Positions 1 to 9,038 of a stretch of DNA of 64,000 nucleotides are shown here, in pieces. Numbering within the stretch: the stretch's first letter is position 1; each line of letters opens with the position of its first letter. The position numbers and the translations under genes are program-made. The notes beneath the pieces were generated by a model. That model made no database searches. It had not been told where the DNA came from and worked only from the letters and a program-made list of their open reading frames with translations. The DNA comes from Hydrogenophilales bacterium (GTDB lineage Bacteria; Pseudomonadota; Gammaproteobacteria; Burkholderiales; Eutrophovitaceae), in assembly GCA_902601765.1 (NCBI GenBank), contig CACKOO010000001.1, forward strand, positions 807-64,806. The letters are read 5' to 3'.

Positions 1-489
1 GAAATTTTTTGTTTTTCTTTTCGTGGAGAGATGTTTGAAATTTGTTTGTTAATGAATGCAAATTCCAGTTATACAGTGAAAATACGTGATAGGCATTTTG
101 AGGTTTTACGTTTTATTAATGATGAAACATTGAAGCTGTGGTTTGATGATAAAAGTGAAGTAGATGCAAAGATCATAGAAGATAATTTTTCAGTTTCTAT
201 CTTCATTTGTGGGAGAGTTTGTCGACTTGAAAAGCAAGTCAGTATTAAAAGTCAGACAAACTCAGAATCTGGGGGTGTGATATCTCCACTACCCGGAGTA
301 GTTGCAAAAGTCTTTTATAGAAATGGTGATAAGGTTGATAAAGGTGATGTTTTGATGATAATGGACGCTATGAAAATGGAACATGAGGTGCTCTCTCCAT
401 ATAATGGTTATGTAAAGGAAGTATATTTTGAAGAGGGGGACAGAGTAGAAGAAGGTGTAGATTTGCTTTTCCTGAAAGAAATCAAATGA
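1..489 (+). CDS. C-terminal biotin-carrier part of an acyl-CoA carboxylase alpha subunit, probably 3-methylcrotonyl-CoA carboxylase; likely 5'-truncated by the window edge
   Basis: Frame is open from base 1. Has biotinyl-domain motifs SPLPGVV and DAMKMEH (the E/D-AMKM biotin lysine). Its stop overlaps the HMG-CoA lyase start (ATGA), as in liu operons. Confidence 0.8.
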   Translation, partial: EIFCFSFRGEMFEICLLMNANSSYTVKIRDRHFEVLRFINDETLKLWFDDKSEVDAKIIEDNFSVSIFICGRVCRLEKQVSIKSQTNSESGGVISPLPGVVAKVFYRNGDKVDKGDVLMIMDAMKMEHEVLSPYNGYVKEVYFEEGDRVEEGVDLLFLKEIK

Positions 490-1406
490 ATTATCCGAAA
501 AGGGTAAATCTCGTGGAAGTTGGTCCTCGAGATGGTTTGCAAAATGAGTCTCAACACATTGATCTGGATCTAAGAATAGACCTGATTAACAAATTAACAG
601 ATTGTGGCTTTTCTGTTATCGAGGCTGGCAGTTTTGTGTCTCCCAAGTGGGTGCCTCAGATGGCTAATACTGAAAAGGTCTTGGCAAGTATCAGGCCGAA
701 AGCTGAAGTTTTCTACCCGGTTCTGGTACCAAATAAAAAGGGTTTAGAGGGAGCTATGAAGGCCAACGTATCAGAAATTGCTATTTTTGGAGCAGCTACT
801 GACGGGTTTTCACACCGAAATATTAATTGTTCCATAAAAGAATCACTAGATAAATTTAGACCAATAGTAAAAGAAGCTTTATCAAATAGAATCAGGGTGC
901 GTGGCTATGTATCGGTTGTCTTAGGATGTCCCATTGAAGGGGAGGTTAACCCCAATGTTGTAGCAGATGTTGCACGGCAATTATTAGATATGGGGTGTTA
1001 TGAAATTTCCCTGGGAGATACAATTGGAACAGGCACTCCAACCAAAACAAAAATTTTATTGGATTGTGTTGCACAATATGTGGCGATAGATCAAATTGCT
1101 GGTCATTTCCATGATACTTACGGACAGGCATTGGTTAATATTCTGGCTTCTCTCGAACAAGGGGTGAGTACTTTCGACTGTTCTGTCGCTGGCCTTGGGG
1201 GGTGTCCTTTTGCTGGGAAAAATGCGACTGGTAATGTTGCAACGGAAGATGTTTTGTATATGTTAAATGGGATGTCAATTAAAACCGGGATAGACTTAAA
1301 CAAACTTATCTTGGTGGGCGATTTTGTTTGTAAAAAATTAAATAGAGAAAATGCATCAAAAGCGGGTAAAGCGCTACTAAATGGAATGATCAAAGAAGGG
1401 AATTAG
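486..1406 (+). CDS. liuE: Hydroxymethylglutaryl-CoA lyase
   Basis: Motifs EVGPRDGLQNE, SFVSPKWVPQM, HFHDTYGQAL and GLGGCPFA. Confidence 0.95.
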   Translation: MNYPKRVNLVEVGPRDGLQNESQHIDLDLRIDLINKLTDCGFSVIEAGSFVSPKWVPQMANTEKVLASIRPKAEVFYPVLVPNKKGLEGAMKANVSEIAIFGAATDGFSHRNINCSIKESLDKFRPIVKEALSNRIRVRGYVSVVLGCPIEGEVNPNVVADVARQLLDMGCYEISLGDTIGTGTPTKTKILLDCVAQYVAIDQIAGHFHDTYGQALVNILASLEQGVSTFDCSVAGLGGCPFAGKNATGNVATEDVLYMLNGMSIKTGIDLNKLILVGDFVCKKLNRENASKAGKALLNGMIKEGN

Positions 1407-1412
1407 AAAATA

Positions 1413-1976
1413 ATGACTAAAGGGTTAAGTAAGCCGGAAGCAAGGCAGCTGTTACATCGCCGAACTGTTGAATGTTTTGGGTATAAACGAGATGACGGGC
1501 TTTATGATATCGAGGGATATCTCAAAGACGTAAAAACGTATTCGTTATCAGATTTTGATAGAGGCCCAATGCAAGCAGGTGATCCGGTACATGAGATGTG
1601 GCTGCGCTTGACCGTAGATCTTAATCTACATATTAAGACTAGTGAGGCTTCGATAGTTTGGGGGCCATATGATATGTGTAACCGTATAACCCCAAACTTT
1701 AAGAAACTTGAAGGAGAAACCATCAAACCAGGTTTCACCCATCGGACTAAAACCCTTCTTGGAGGCATAAAGGGATGTACTCATTTAGTCGAGCTCCTAG
1801 GGCCCGTGGCCACTACTGCTTTCCAGACTATTTATCCAGAAAAGTCCAGGCGATTAAAATTGTCGGGAGAAAAAAGGAAACCTTCACTAATCAACAGTTG
1901 TCACGCTTGGGCGTCCGATAGTGCAATGGTACTGCAGAGGCATCCAGACTATTTTTCCAAATTAACTAAAAATTAA
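1413..1976 (+). CDS. DUF2889-like protein of unknown function
   Basis: Patterns LLHRRTVEC-GY-RDDGLYDIEG, PVHEMWLRLTVD, GGIKGCTHLVEL and INSCHAW match my recollection of DUF2889. Confidence 0.75.
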   Translation: MTKGLSKPEARQLLHRRTVECFGYKRDDGLYDIEGYLKDVKTYSLSDFDRGPMQAGDPVHEMWLRLTVDLNLHIKTSEASIVWGPYDMCNRITPNFKKLEGETIKPGFTHRTKTLLGGIKGCTHLVELLGPVATTAFQTIYPEKSRRLKLSGEKRKPSLINSCHAWASDSAMVLQRHPDYFSKLTKN

Positions 1977-3173
1977 ATGCCTGATCGACCTAAACCTTTG
2001 AGTGGATTTCGCGTTTTAGATTTAACACGGTTGCTTCCCGGTCCGGTTTGTACGCTTCATTTGGCTGATCTTGGTGCTGAAGTAATTAAAATAGAAGATA
2101 CCGAGTTTGGTGATTATGCTCGCAGCCTTGGGGTGGATTCTGGTGAATTGGCGCCTGTCTTTGTTGCTATAAATCGTAATAAGAAAAGTTTTTCTATTGA
2201 CTTAAAAAAATCCACTGGAAAACAAATTTTTTGGAAATTAGTCGAAACAGCAAATGTTGTGGTGGAGGGATTCCGGCCAGGAGTTATGGAGAAGCTGGGT
2301 ATTAGCTATGAGGATTGCAAAGCTGTCAACTCTTCCATTGTGTATTGCTCTATCAGTGGCTATGGTCAGAGTGGTCCCTATAAACAAAAAGCGGGGCACG
2401 ATATCAATTATATTGGTTTATCTGGGGTTTTGGATCAAATAGGTGAGAATGGTGGAGATCCCGTAGTTCCAAATTTGCAAATCGGTGATATTTTGGGAGG
2501 GGCTCTCGTCCCTGCGATGACTATATTAGCAGTACTTTTAGAGGTACAGAGAACAGGCGAGGGAAGAAAAATCGACGTGTCGATGACGGATGCAGTTTTG
2601 GCGCACAACTACCAAGCACTTTCCGATGTTATTTCACAAGGGGAGGCAGGATTGAGAGGAAATCAGCTATTATCAGGACGGGAGGCCTGTTACGCGATTT
2701 ATAAAACTTTAGATGGTAAATTTATGGCTGTTGGGGCGTTGGAAAAAAAATTTTGGGAAAGACTGTGCGACGTTATTCATTGCCCTGAACTTAAGGACTT
2801 GCATTGGCAAAGCAATCACCCGAGCAGGGCGGAAGCCAAACAGGTTTTAACGAAAATTTTTTTACAAAAGTCCCAAACTGACTGGACTACGTTGTTTAAT
2901 GATGAGGACTGTTGCGTGAGTCCTATTTTGCCTCTCCATGAGGCAATGAAGGACTCGCAAATACAGGAAAGAGAAATGACAATCTTCGCGAACCACCCTA
3001 CCGCTGGAAATACAATTCAGTTTTCAACACCGTTTAAAATTTCGGATTTCAGTGTCGGGATCGATTTGCCAGCACCAGTTCTAGGTGAGCACACCGAAGA
3101 GATTTTGAGAGAAATAGGATTTTCACAAGAAGAGATAAACGGCTTGGGGGATACTATAAAAAAACGCGACTAA
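1977..3173 (+). CDS. CaiB/BaiF family III CoA-transferase (alpha-methylacyl-CoA racemase-like)
   Basis: Motifs LSGFRVLDLTRLLPGP, LADLGAEVIKIE, NRNKKS, EGFRPGVM and AGHDINY. Confidence 0.93.
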   Translation: MPDRPKPLSGFRVLDLTRLLPGPVCTLHLADLGAEVIKIEDTEFGDYARSLGVDSGELAPVFVAINRNKKSFSIDLKKSTGKQIFWKLVETANVVVEGFRPGVMEKLGISYEDCKAVNSSIVYCSISGYGQSGPYKQKAGHDINYIGLSGVLDQIGENGGDPVVPNLQIGDILGGALVPAMTILAVLLEVQRTGEGRKIDVSMTDAVLAHNYQALSDVISQGEAGLRGNQLLSGREACYAIYKTLDGKFMAVGALEKKFWERLCDVIHCPELKDLHWQSNHPSRAEAKQVLTKIFLQKSQTDWTTLFNDEDCCVSPILPLHEAMKDSQIQEREMTIFANHPTAGNTIQFSTPFKISDFSVGIDLPAPVLGEHTEEILREIGFSQEEINGLGDTIKKRD

Positions 3174-4045
3174 TCATATTCCGGTTCTAACCAATATTCT
3201 ACTGTATAAGGATGAGCGCCCAGCCACCGCCTGGCAGCATCATGAGTTGGCATCTTTCTTACCCGAATAGCATGGTCGAGTTCTTCTACAGATTTAATAG
3301 AGATTTCTATTCTTTTTAGTACCTCTTGCATGGGTTTTTTAATATATTCCCAAGCTTCTTTATTTGCAACAATATGTGCGTCAGCAGACTTTATAAAAAC
3401 TGAATTTGGATCACTCAGTTCTCTCATATCCCCGGCTAAATTTACAAATGTTGGCCGACGCAAGCCAACGACAAACCAACTCTTTTCTTTTTGTTGATCT
3501 ATAATCTCATCATAAAATACGTCATCCGATACTGTTTTTACAGTAAAGCCAGCTTCGTCTAGTTTATATTCTTGGATGGCACTTCGGGCATAAATCGTCC
3601 TTTCTTGGTGAAAACTTGATAATGTTATTTGTTTGTTGAGTTTTTTACGCACATCAGGTTTAAGTAGATCCTCAATAGTAGTTATACTTTCCGTAGGCAC
3701 ATAATTAGGCACGGCAAAAACGTATTTCCCTCCCTCAAATAAAAGTCCTATTTTCACCAGCTTATCTTTGTGTTTTTGCCAATAATCTTTGTGAGTAGTG
3801 TTCAGCCATCCATATACTAGAAAATCAATTTCTCGATCCGCAAGCATGTCGAACATAAGTTCGCTCCCTCCACTTTTGGTAGCCACATTAAACCCTCTTC
3901 TTTCAAAAATTTGCTTTATTACCTCGGCCGTAACCTTCGCATCTGACGATTCAAGGTGACCAACAGTAACGTGTTTACTATGTGCTAAATGCGCCGATAA
4001 TAGGGATATTGCCAATATTAGGCCAATATTTTTTGTAATTTTCAT
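3170..4045 (-). CDS. Glycine betaine/proline-type (OpuAC/ProX family) periplasmic substrate-binding protein; no transporter genes adjacent
   Basis: Signal peptide, GWLNTTH (WLPxxH-like), AVPNYVP..ITTIEDL and C-terminal AARRWL...VEYW. Confidence 0.75.
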   Translation of the reverse strand: MKITKNIGLILAISLLSAHLAHSKHVTVGHLESSDAKVTAEVIKQIFERRGFNVATKSGGSELMFDMLADREIDFLVYGWLNTTHKDYWQKHKDKLVKIGLLFEGGKYVFAVPNYVPTESITTIEDLLKPDVRKKLNKQITLSSFHQERTIYARSAIQEYKLDEAGFTVKTVSDDVFYDEIIDQQKEKSWFVVGLRRPTFVNLAGDMRELSDPNSVFIKSADAHIVANKEAWEYIKKPMQEVLKRIEISIKSVEELDHAIRVRKMPTHDAARRWLGAHPYTVEYWLEPEYD

Positions 4046-4056
4046 TTTAATCTCTT

Positions 4057-4890
4057 TCAGATTTCTAATTTTGAGTTTACCAGTTGTCTGGCTATGCTTA
4101 TGTCTCCTGGCAACCTTGGAGGTAGATTCTTTGCGCTAAACCAGTCTGCTGCTTCGATTTCAGTCTCATCACATTCGATTTCCCCAGATTTGTAGTCGCA
4201 ATGAAATGCTATCATCATTGAATGAGGAAAAGGCCAGGGCTGACTAGCGAAATATCGAAGATTAAAAACTTTGATACCTACTTCCTCATATACCTCCCTA
4301 TGCACAGTCTGCTCCAAGGTCTCTCCTGGTTCGCTGAATCCCGCTAATGCGGAAAACATCCCAGCAGGGAAGTGGTGAGAGCGAGCCAAAAGAAACTCAT
4401 GTCCTCGGCTGATTAATGCCATGACAGCAGGCGATATCCTAGGATAGTGTTTTTGCTGGCATTTGAGACAAATTTTTACTCGCTCATCGTCACTCAAGAT
4501 GGTTTCCAGTCCACATTGACCGCAGAATTTGTGAGTACGATCCCAATCTATAATTTGGTACGAACGTCCCGCCAAGGCAAACAAAGAGTTATCTATTTTG
4601 GCAAATACCACTCTTAACCCAACCCACTGCATCATTTCAGGAATTTCTTGCGTTTCTAATGTCTCCACAGCATAACAATCGATACCCTTAAATACGCCAA
4701 TGTAATGTTTTTGAATTGTAGTTATTTTCGCGTCTTGTATGTTTTCAAAAGTAGGAATACGGAAACCATTTGTTTCCGTAACACAAACCAATATTTCCTT
4801 TCCTCGAAAAGCAAAATACAAAGCCTCCCATGAAGTTTTGCTGGGTGCAACGCATGAGGCTTGGAATTTTTCAGGTGTCTCTAGTATCAT
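4057..4890 (-). CDS. nudC: NADH pyrophosphatase / NAD-decapping enzyme
   Basis: Zn finger CGQCG...CLKC, Nudix box GFSEPGETLEQTVHREVYEEVG and the SQPWPFPHS signature. Confidence 0.95.
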   Translation of the reverse strand: MILETPEKFQASCVAPSKTSWEALYFAFRGKEILVCVTETNGFRIPTFENIQDAKITTIQKHYIGVFKGIDCYAVETLETQEIPEMMQWVGLRVVFAKIDNSLFALAGRSYQIIDWDRTHKFCGQCGLETILSDDERVKICLKCQQKHYPRISPAVMALISRGHEFLLARSHHFPAGMFSALAGFSEPGETLEQTVHREVYEEVGIKVFNLRYFASQPWPFPHSMMIAFHCDYKSGEIECDETEIEAADWFSAKNLPPRLPGDISIARQLVNSKLEI

Positions 4891-4903
4891 TTTTTTCTTG
4901 GTA

Positions 4904-6673
4904 CTATTTCTTCCCTAAATATAAATCAGTTATTGATTCCTCGGCAATTTCAGCTGAAAACAATACTGTTTCAGACAGCGTCGGATGCGGATGAATAGTC
5001 AGTCCGATATCTTCTGAATCTGCACCCATTTCTATTGCCAATGCAGTTTCCGAAATTAATTCTCCCGCATTAATTCCAACGATGCCAGCTCCTATTAACT
5101 TTCTGGTTTTTTTGTCAAAGATAAGCTTAGTTAACCCCTCGGTTCTCGATGTTGCTTGGGCTCTTCCACTAGCCGTCCAAGGAAACACAGATTTTTTTAT
5201 TGCAATTTTATTTTGTCTCGCGTAATTTTCGGTGATTCCTACCCAGGCAACCTCGGGGTCGGTATATGCAACGGATGGTATTGTGAGTGCGTCAAATTCT
5301 GCTTTACCATTTCCGGCGATTATTTCCGCGCAAAGTTTGCCCTCATGACTAGCTTTGTGCGCTAACATAGGTTGACCCACGATGTCTCCAATTGCAAAAA
5401 TGTTAGGAACATTTGTGCGCATCTGTTTATTAACTGAGATGAAACCGTCATTTTGTACTTCAATACCGGCGTTTGCGGCCCCAATGTTTTTACCGTTAGG
5501 ACTTCTTCCGATAGAAACTAAAACTTTATCAAAATTTTCAATGGTTTTATTATTTGAATTCATGAGCGTAACGGCGACGTTTTCCCTTGTGAGTTTTATA
5601 TCCGTGATTTTGGTTACCATGCGGATGGAATCATAGCGTGATTCAATTATCCCTTGAAGAGGACGAATTAGGTCTCTATCAGCTTCCGGGATTAGCCTAT
5701 CGGTTAGTTCCGCGATTGTAATTTTTGATCCTAATCCGTGATAAATTGATGCCATTTCTAATCCAATTATACCTCCTCCAATAATTAATAATTTATCTGG
5801 AATTTCGGTAATTTCCAGAGCATCTGTGGAGTCCATAATTCGAGGATCCTCAAATGAAAATCCTGGTACTTTTTTGGGTGACGATCCCGCGGCTATTATT
5901 GCGTAATCAAATGAAACTGTTTTTTCTCCAGAGGAAGTTTCAACGGACAAAGTATTTTTACCAGTAAACCTACCAACGCCGGTCAGTAGCTGCACATTTC
6001 GTTTTTCAGCTAACAAACTTAATCCTTTAGTCAGTCTACTGACAGTTTGATTTTTCCATTTTCGGAGTTTATCCATATCAATTTTCGGACTTGAAAAAAC
6101 TATCCCATTTTTACTAATATCCTGCGCTTCGGTGATTACCTTGGCTGTATGTAGTAGTGCCTTTGACGGTATGCAGCCAACATTTAGGCATACTCCTCCT
6201 AATTTTTTGTGTCGTTCTATGATTAGTACGTTTTTTCCCAAATCTGCGGCTCGAAAAGCAGCAGTGTATCCACCCGGTCCTGATCCCAGAATAACAACAT
6301 CGGCATGTATGTCACATTTGGATTGATCAACTTGATTTTCGTCATTTTCTATTTTATTTGGAGAGAGAGGTCTTTTGTTTTTTTCGGGAGAGTTTCGATT
6401 TTTTGAGGTATTAACTTCCGTTGTGTTTGAAGTTTGTGATTCTAAGACTAATATTGCATCGCCTTTCGAGACCGTATCATCCGGACTAAGAATGATTCTA
6501 GTTACTATACCTTCTTCTGGGGAGGGAACTTCCATAGTAGCTTTATCGGATTCCAAAACTAGAATGGAGTCTTCTTTCTTTACCATTTCCCCTGGCTTTA
6601 CTAAGATCTCAATTACTGGAATATTCTCAAAATCCCCTATATCGGGGATGCTAACAGTTATTTCTTTTTTCAT
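4904..6673 (-). CDS. lpdA: Dihydrolipoyl dehydrogenase with N-terminal lipoyl domain
   Basis: Lipoyl domain (PDIGD...LESDKATMEVP), GSGPGGY, redox motif CLNVGCIPSK and HPHPTLSE. Confidence 0.96.
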   Translation of the reverse strand: MKKEITVSIPDIGDFENIPVIEILVKPGEMVKKEDSILVLESDKATMEVPSPEEGIVTRIILSPDDTVSKGDAILVLESQTSNTTEVNTSKNRNSPEKNKRPLSPNKIENDENQVDQSKCDIHADVVILGSGPGGYTAAFRAADLGKNVLIIERHKKLGGVCLNVGCIPSKALLHTAKVITEAQDISKNGIVFSSPKIDMDKLRKWKNQTVSRLTKGLSLLAEKRNVQLLTGVGRFTGKNTLSVETSSGEKTVSFDYAIIAAGSSPKKVPGFSFEDPRIMDSTDALEITEIPDKLLIIGGGIIGLEMASIYHGLGSKITIAELTDRLIPEADRDLIRPLQGIIESRYDSIRMVTKITDIKLTRENVAVTLMNSNNKTIENFDKVLVSIGRSPNGKNIGAANAGIEVQNDGFISVNKQMRTNVPNIFAIGDIVGQPMLAHKASHEGKLCAEIIAGNGKAEFDALTIPSVAYTDPEVAWVGITENYARQNKIAIKKSVFPWTASGRAQATSRTEGLTKLIFDKKTRKLIGAGIVGINAGELISETALAIEMGADSEDIGLTIHPHPTLSETVLFSAEIAEESITDLYLGKK

Positions 6674-6691
6674 GAATTATTTAGTCCTACA

Positions 6692-7948
6692 TTATTTTCG
6701 AACATGTCCATCACCATAAACTATCCACTTTAATGATGTTAGACCTTCAAGACCGACTGGACCTCGGGCATGTAACTTGTCGGTTGAAATCCCAATTTCG
6801 GCCCCTAACCCGTACTCAAACCCATCAGCAAAGCGCGTTGATGCATTTACCATTACAGAACTAGAGTCTACCTCCCTTAGGAATTTTTTTGTAACAGATT
6901 CATCGCTAGAAACTATGGCATCGGTATGTCCAGACCCGAAAGTATTGATATGAGATATTGCTTCTCGCGCACTATCCACAATCCCAACAGACAAAATAGG
7001 AGCCAAGTATTCTGTGGACCAATCTTTTTGCGTAGCGGCCTTCGCCGTTGGAACTATTTTCCTTGCTCTTTCATCTAGTCGAACTTCTACTTGTTTTTTT
7101 TGAAGGATCTCGTAAATTTTCGGAACTATTGTTTGTGCGCAACTTTTATGGATTAACAGAGTTTCCATCGTATTACACGTACCAAACCTTTGCGTTTTGG
7201 AATTATCCGCTATATCTATCGCTTTCACTTCGTCGGCTGATTTATCGATGTAGACGTGACAAATACCATCTAGATGTTTAAGAACCGGAACTTGAGATTC
7301 ACTCGATACGCGTTTAATTAGGCCTTTCCCTCCTCTGGGAATTATTAGATCAACATGATCTTTACTTTTAAGTAATTCTCCAACAGCATCCCTATTGGTA
7401 GTGCTAATAAGTTGAATAGCACCGTCTGGAAAACCAGATTTTTTGAGGCCGGTTGATATGCACTTTCCAATCGCTTGGTTAGAAAAAAATGATTCTGAAC
7501 CACCTCGTAAAATTACCGCGTTACCGGACTTAAGACATAGGCCGGCAGCATCAGCTGTTACGTTTGGACGTGATTCATAAATTATTCCAATAACCCCTAT
7601 CGGAACCCTCATTTGTCCTATTTTTATTCCGGAGGGCCTAGATTTCAGTTTTCCAATCGATCCAATAGGATCTGGAAGTTTCGCTATTTGATAAAGGCCT
7701 TCAATCATTGCTCCAACCGTAGTTTTTGATAAAGTCAGACGGTCTATCATGGCTGAATCTAGGTTATTATTTTTAGCTTGATCAAGATCTTTATTATTTT
7801 CGGCTAGTATATTTGAAGTCTGGGATGCAATAGTTTCTGCTATGTTCGATATGCAGTAATTTTTATCTTGAGAACAAGCAATGGCAACCTCGGCCGACGC
7901 CTTTTGAGATTTAATGCACAGTGCTTGAATGTAATTTGTGATATCCAT
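6692..7948 (-). CDS. proA: Glutamate-5-semialdehyde dehydrogenase
   Basis: Motifs [39 protein letters not shown] and [13 protein letters not shown]. Confidence 0.97.
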   Translation of the reverse strand: MDITNYIQALCIKSQKASAEVAIACSQDKNYCISNIAETIASQTSNILAENNKDLDQAKNNNLDSAMIDRLTLSKTTVGAMIEGLYQIAKLPDPIGSIGKLKSRPSGIKIGQMRVPIGVIGIIYESRPNVTADAAGLCLKSGNAVILRGGSESFFSNQAIGKCISTGLKKSGFPDGAIQLISTTNRDAVGELLKSKDHVDLIIPRGGKGLIKRVSSESQVPVLKHLDGICHVYIDKSADEVKAIDIADNSKTQRFGTCNTMETLLIHKSCAQTIVPKIYEILQKKQVEVRLDERARKIVPTAKAATQKDWSTEYLAPILSVGIVDSAREAISHINTFGSGHTDAIVSSDESVTKKFLREVDSSSVMVNASTRFADGFEYGLGAEIGISTDKLHARGPVGLEGLTSLKWIVYGDGHVRK

Positions 7949-7950
7949 AA

Positions 7951-8997
7951 TTATCGGGCTATTAATGCAGCAGATTTTAATAGTTTATTATCGATAGTTT
8001 TGATTGAAGATATGCCTAGTTGTGTTAAGGCATCCCAGGCGTCCCCTTTTATAAGTCCTTTAATAATTAAATCCACTTCATGTCCTTCTTGCATTATTTT
8101 CATCATATCTTTCTTATCTATAAAAGGAAGAATTTTCGGAATAATTTGCTTGCGGACTCCCCAACAGCGAGCAGCTCTCAGAGCATTTGCCATCGATAAT
8201 CCAGAGGAGATTTTCGTTTGCACAGCTAAAATAGATCGAATTTCTTGCATTACGGACCATAGCACTAAGGGTGCTGCTACACCTTCGAAGTTTAACGCCC
8301 TGACGACCTTTATGTACGCTTTGCGATTTCGCGTCAGGATAGTGAATCCGATATCTGAGATATCAAATCGTGAGACATCTCGTAATGCGGCTTTCACCTG
8401 AGCATGTTCAATGTGACCTTGTGGCAATAAAAGTCCTAGTTTTTTTATTTCTTGGTAGGCTGCCATCAGATTTCCCTCTACTCGGTCTACAATAAACTCA
8501 ATAGTTTCTTTGCTGGTTGATTGTTTTTGAGCTTGAAATTTTTGTTTAATCCACTGTGGGAGAGTCTCTCTTTCCATTTTTCTCGCATGAATCATTAGAA
8601 AATTTTTATCGAGAGTCTTAAACCATTTACTGTTGGAAATTTCTCGGCTGGAAGCGGGAATAGAAATTAGGACAGCAGTATCACGAAGGTCTGTTTCACC
8701 TAACTCAATTAAAGCTGTGGCACCTTTTAACCCAGGTTTGCCATTTTGAATACGTATGTCAATAAGTTGCTTTGTAGAAAAAAGTGATAAATTTGATGTA
8801 TACATATTCAAGTCTAGCCAATTGAAGCTCTGGTCAGCGAATACTACTTTGCGTTCTTCATAGCCAGATTGTTCAAATAATTCCCGTATGTACTCACAAG
8901 CTTCAATGTGTAGCAGATGTTCGTCTCCATACACGACCATCTTAATGGGGAGGTTATTTGCTAGGTATGTTCTAACGTGATTGCTGGCTATTTGCAT
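7951..8997 (-). CDS. holA: DNA polymerase III delta subunit
   Basis: Motifs YGDEHLL, NLSLFS, GKPG and [15 protein letters not shown]; upstream of proA as in betaproteobacteria. Confidence 0.9.
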   Translation of the reverse strand: MQIASNHVRTYLANNLPIKMVVYGDEHLLHIEACEYIRELFEQSGYEERKVVFADQSFNWLDLNMYTSNLSLFSTKQLIDIRIQNGKPGLKGATALIELGETDLRDTAVLISIPASSREISNSKWFKTLDKNFLMIHARKMERETLPQWIKQKFQAQKQSTSKETIEFIVDRVEGNLMAAYQEIKKLGLLLPQGHIEHAQVKAALRDVSRFDISDIGFTILTRNRKAYIKVVRALNFEGVAAPLVLWSVMQEIRSILAVQTKISSGLSMANALRAARCWGVRKQIIPKILPFIDKKDMMKIMQEGHEVDLIIKGLIKGDAWDALTQLGISSIKTIDNKLLKSAALIAR

Positions 8998-9038
8998 TTT
9001 CTAAGTTTTTTAGTTTTTGAAAACCCAATGTAGAGTAA

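Noticed and set aside
7868-8401. 177-aa plus-strand ORF opposite holA/proA
   Set aside because: Antisense shadow of conserved genes with no recognisable motif.
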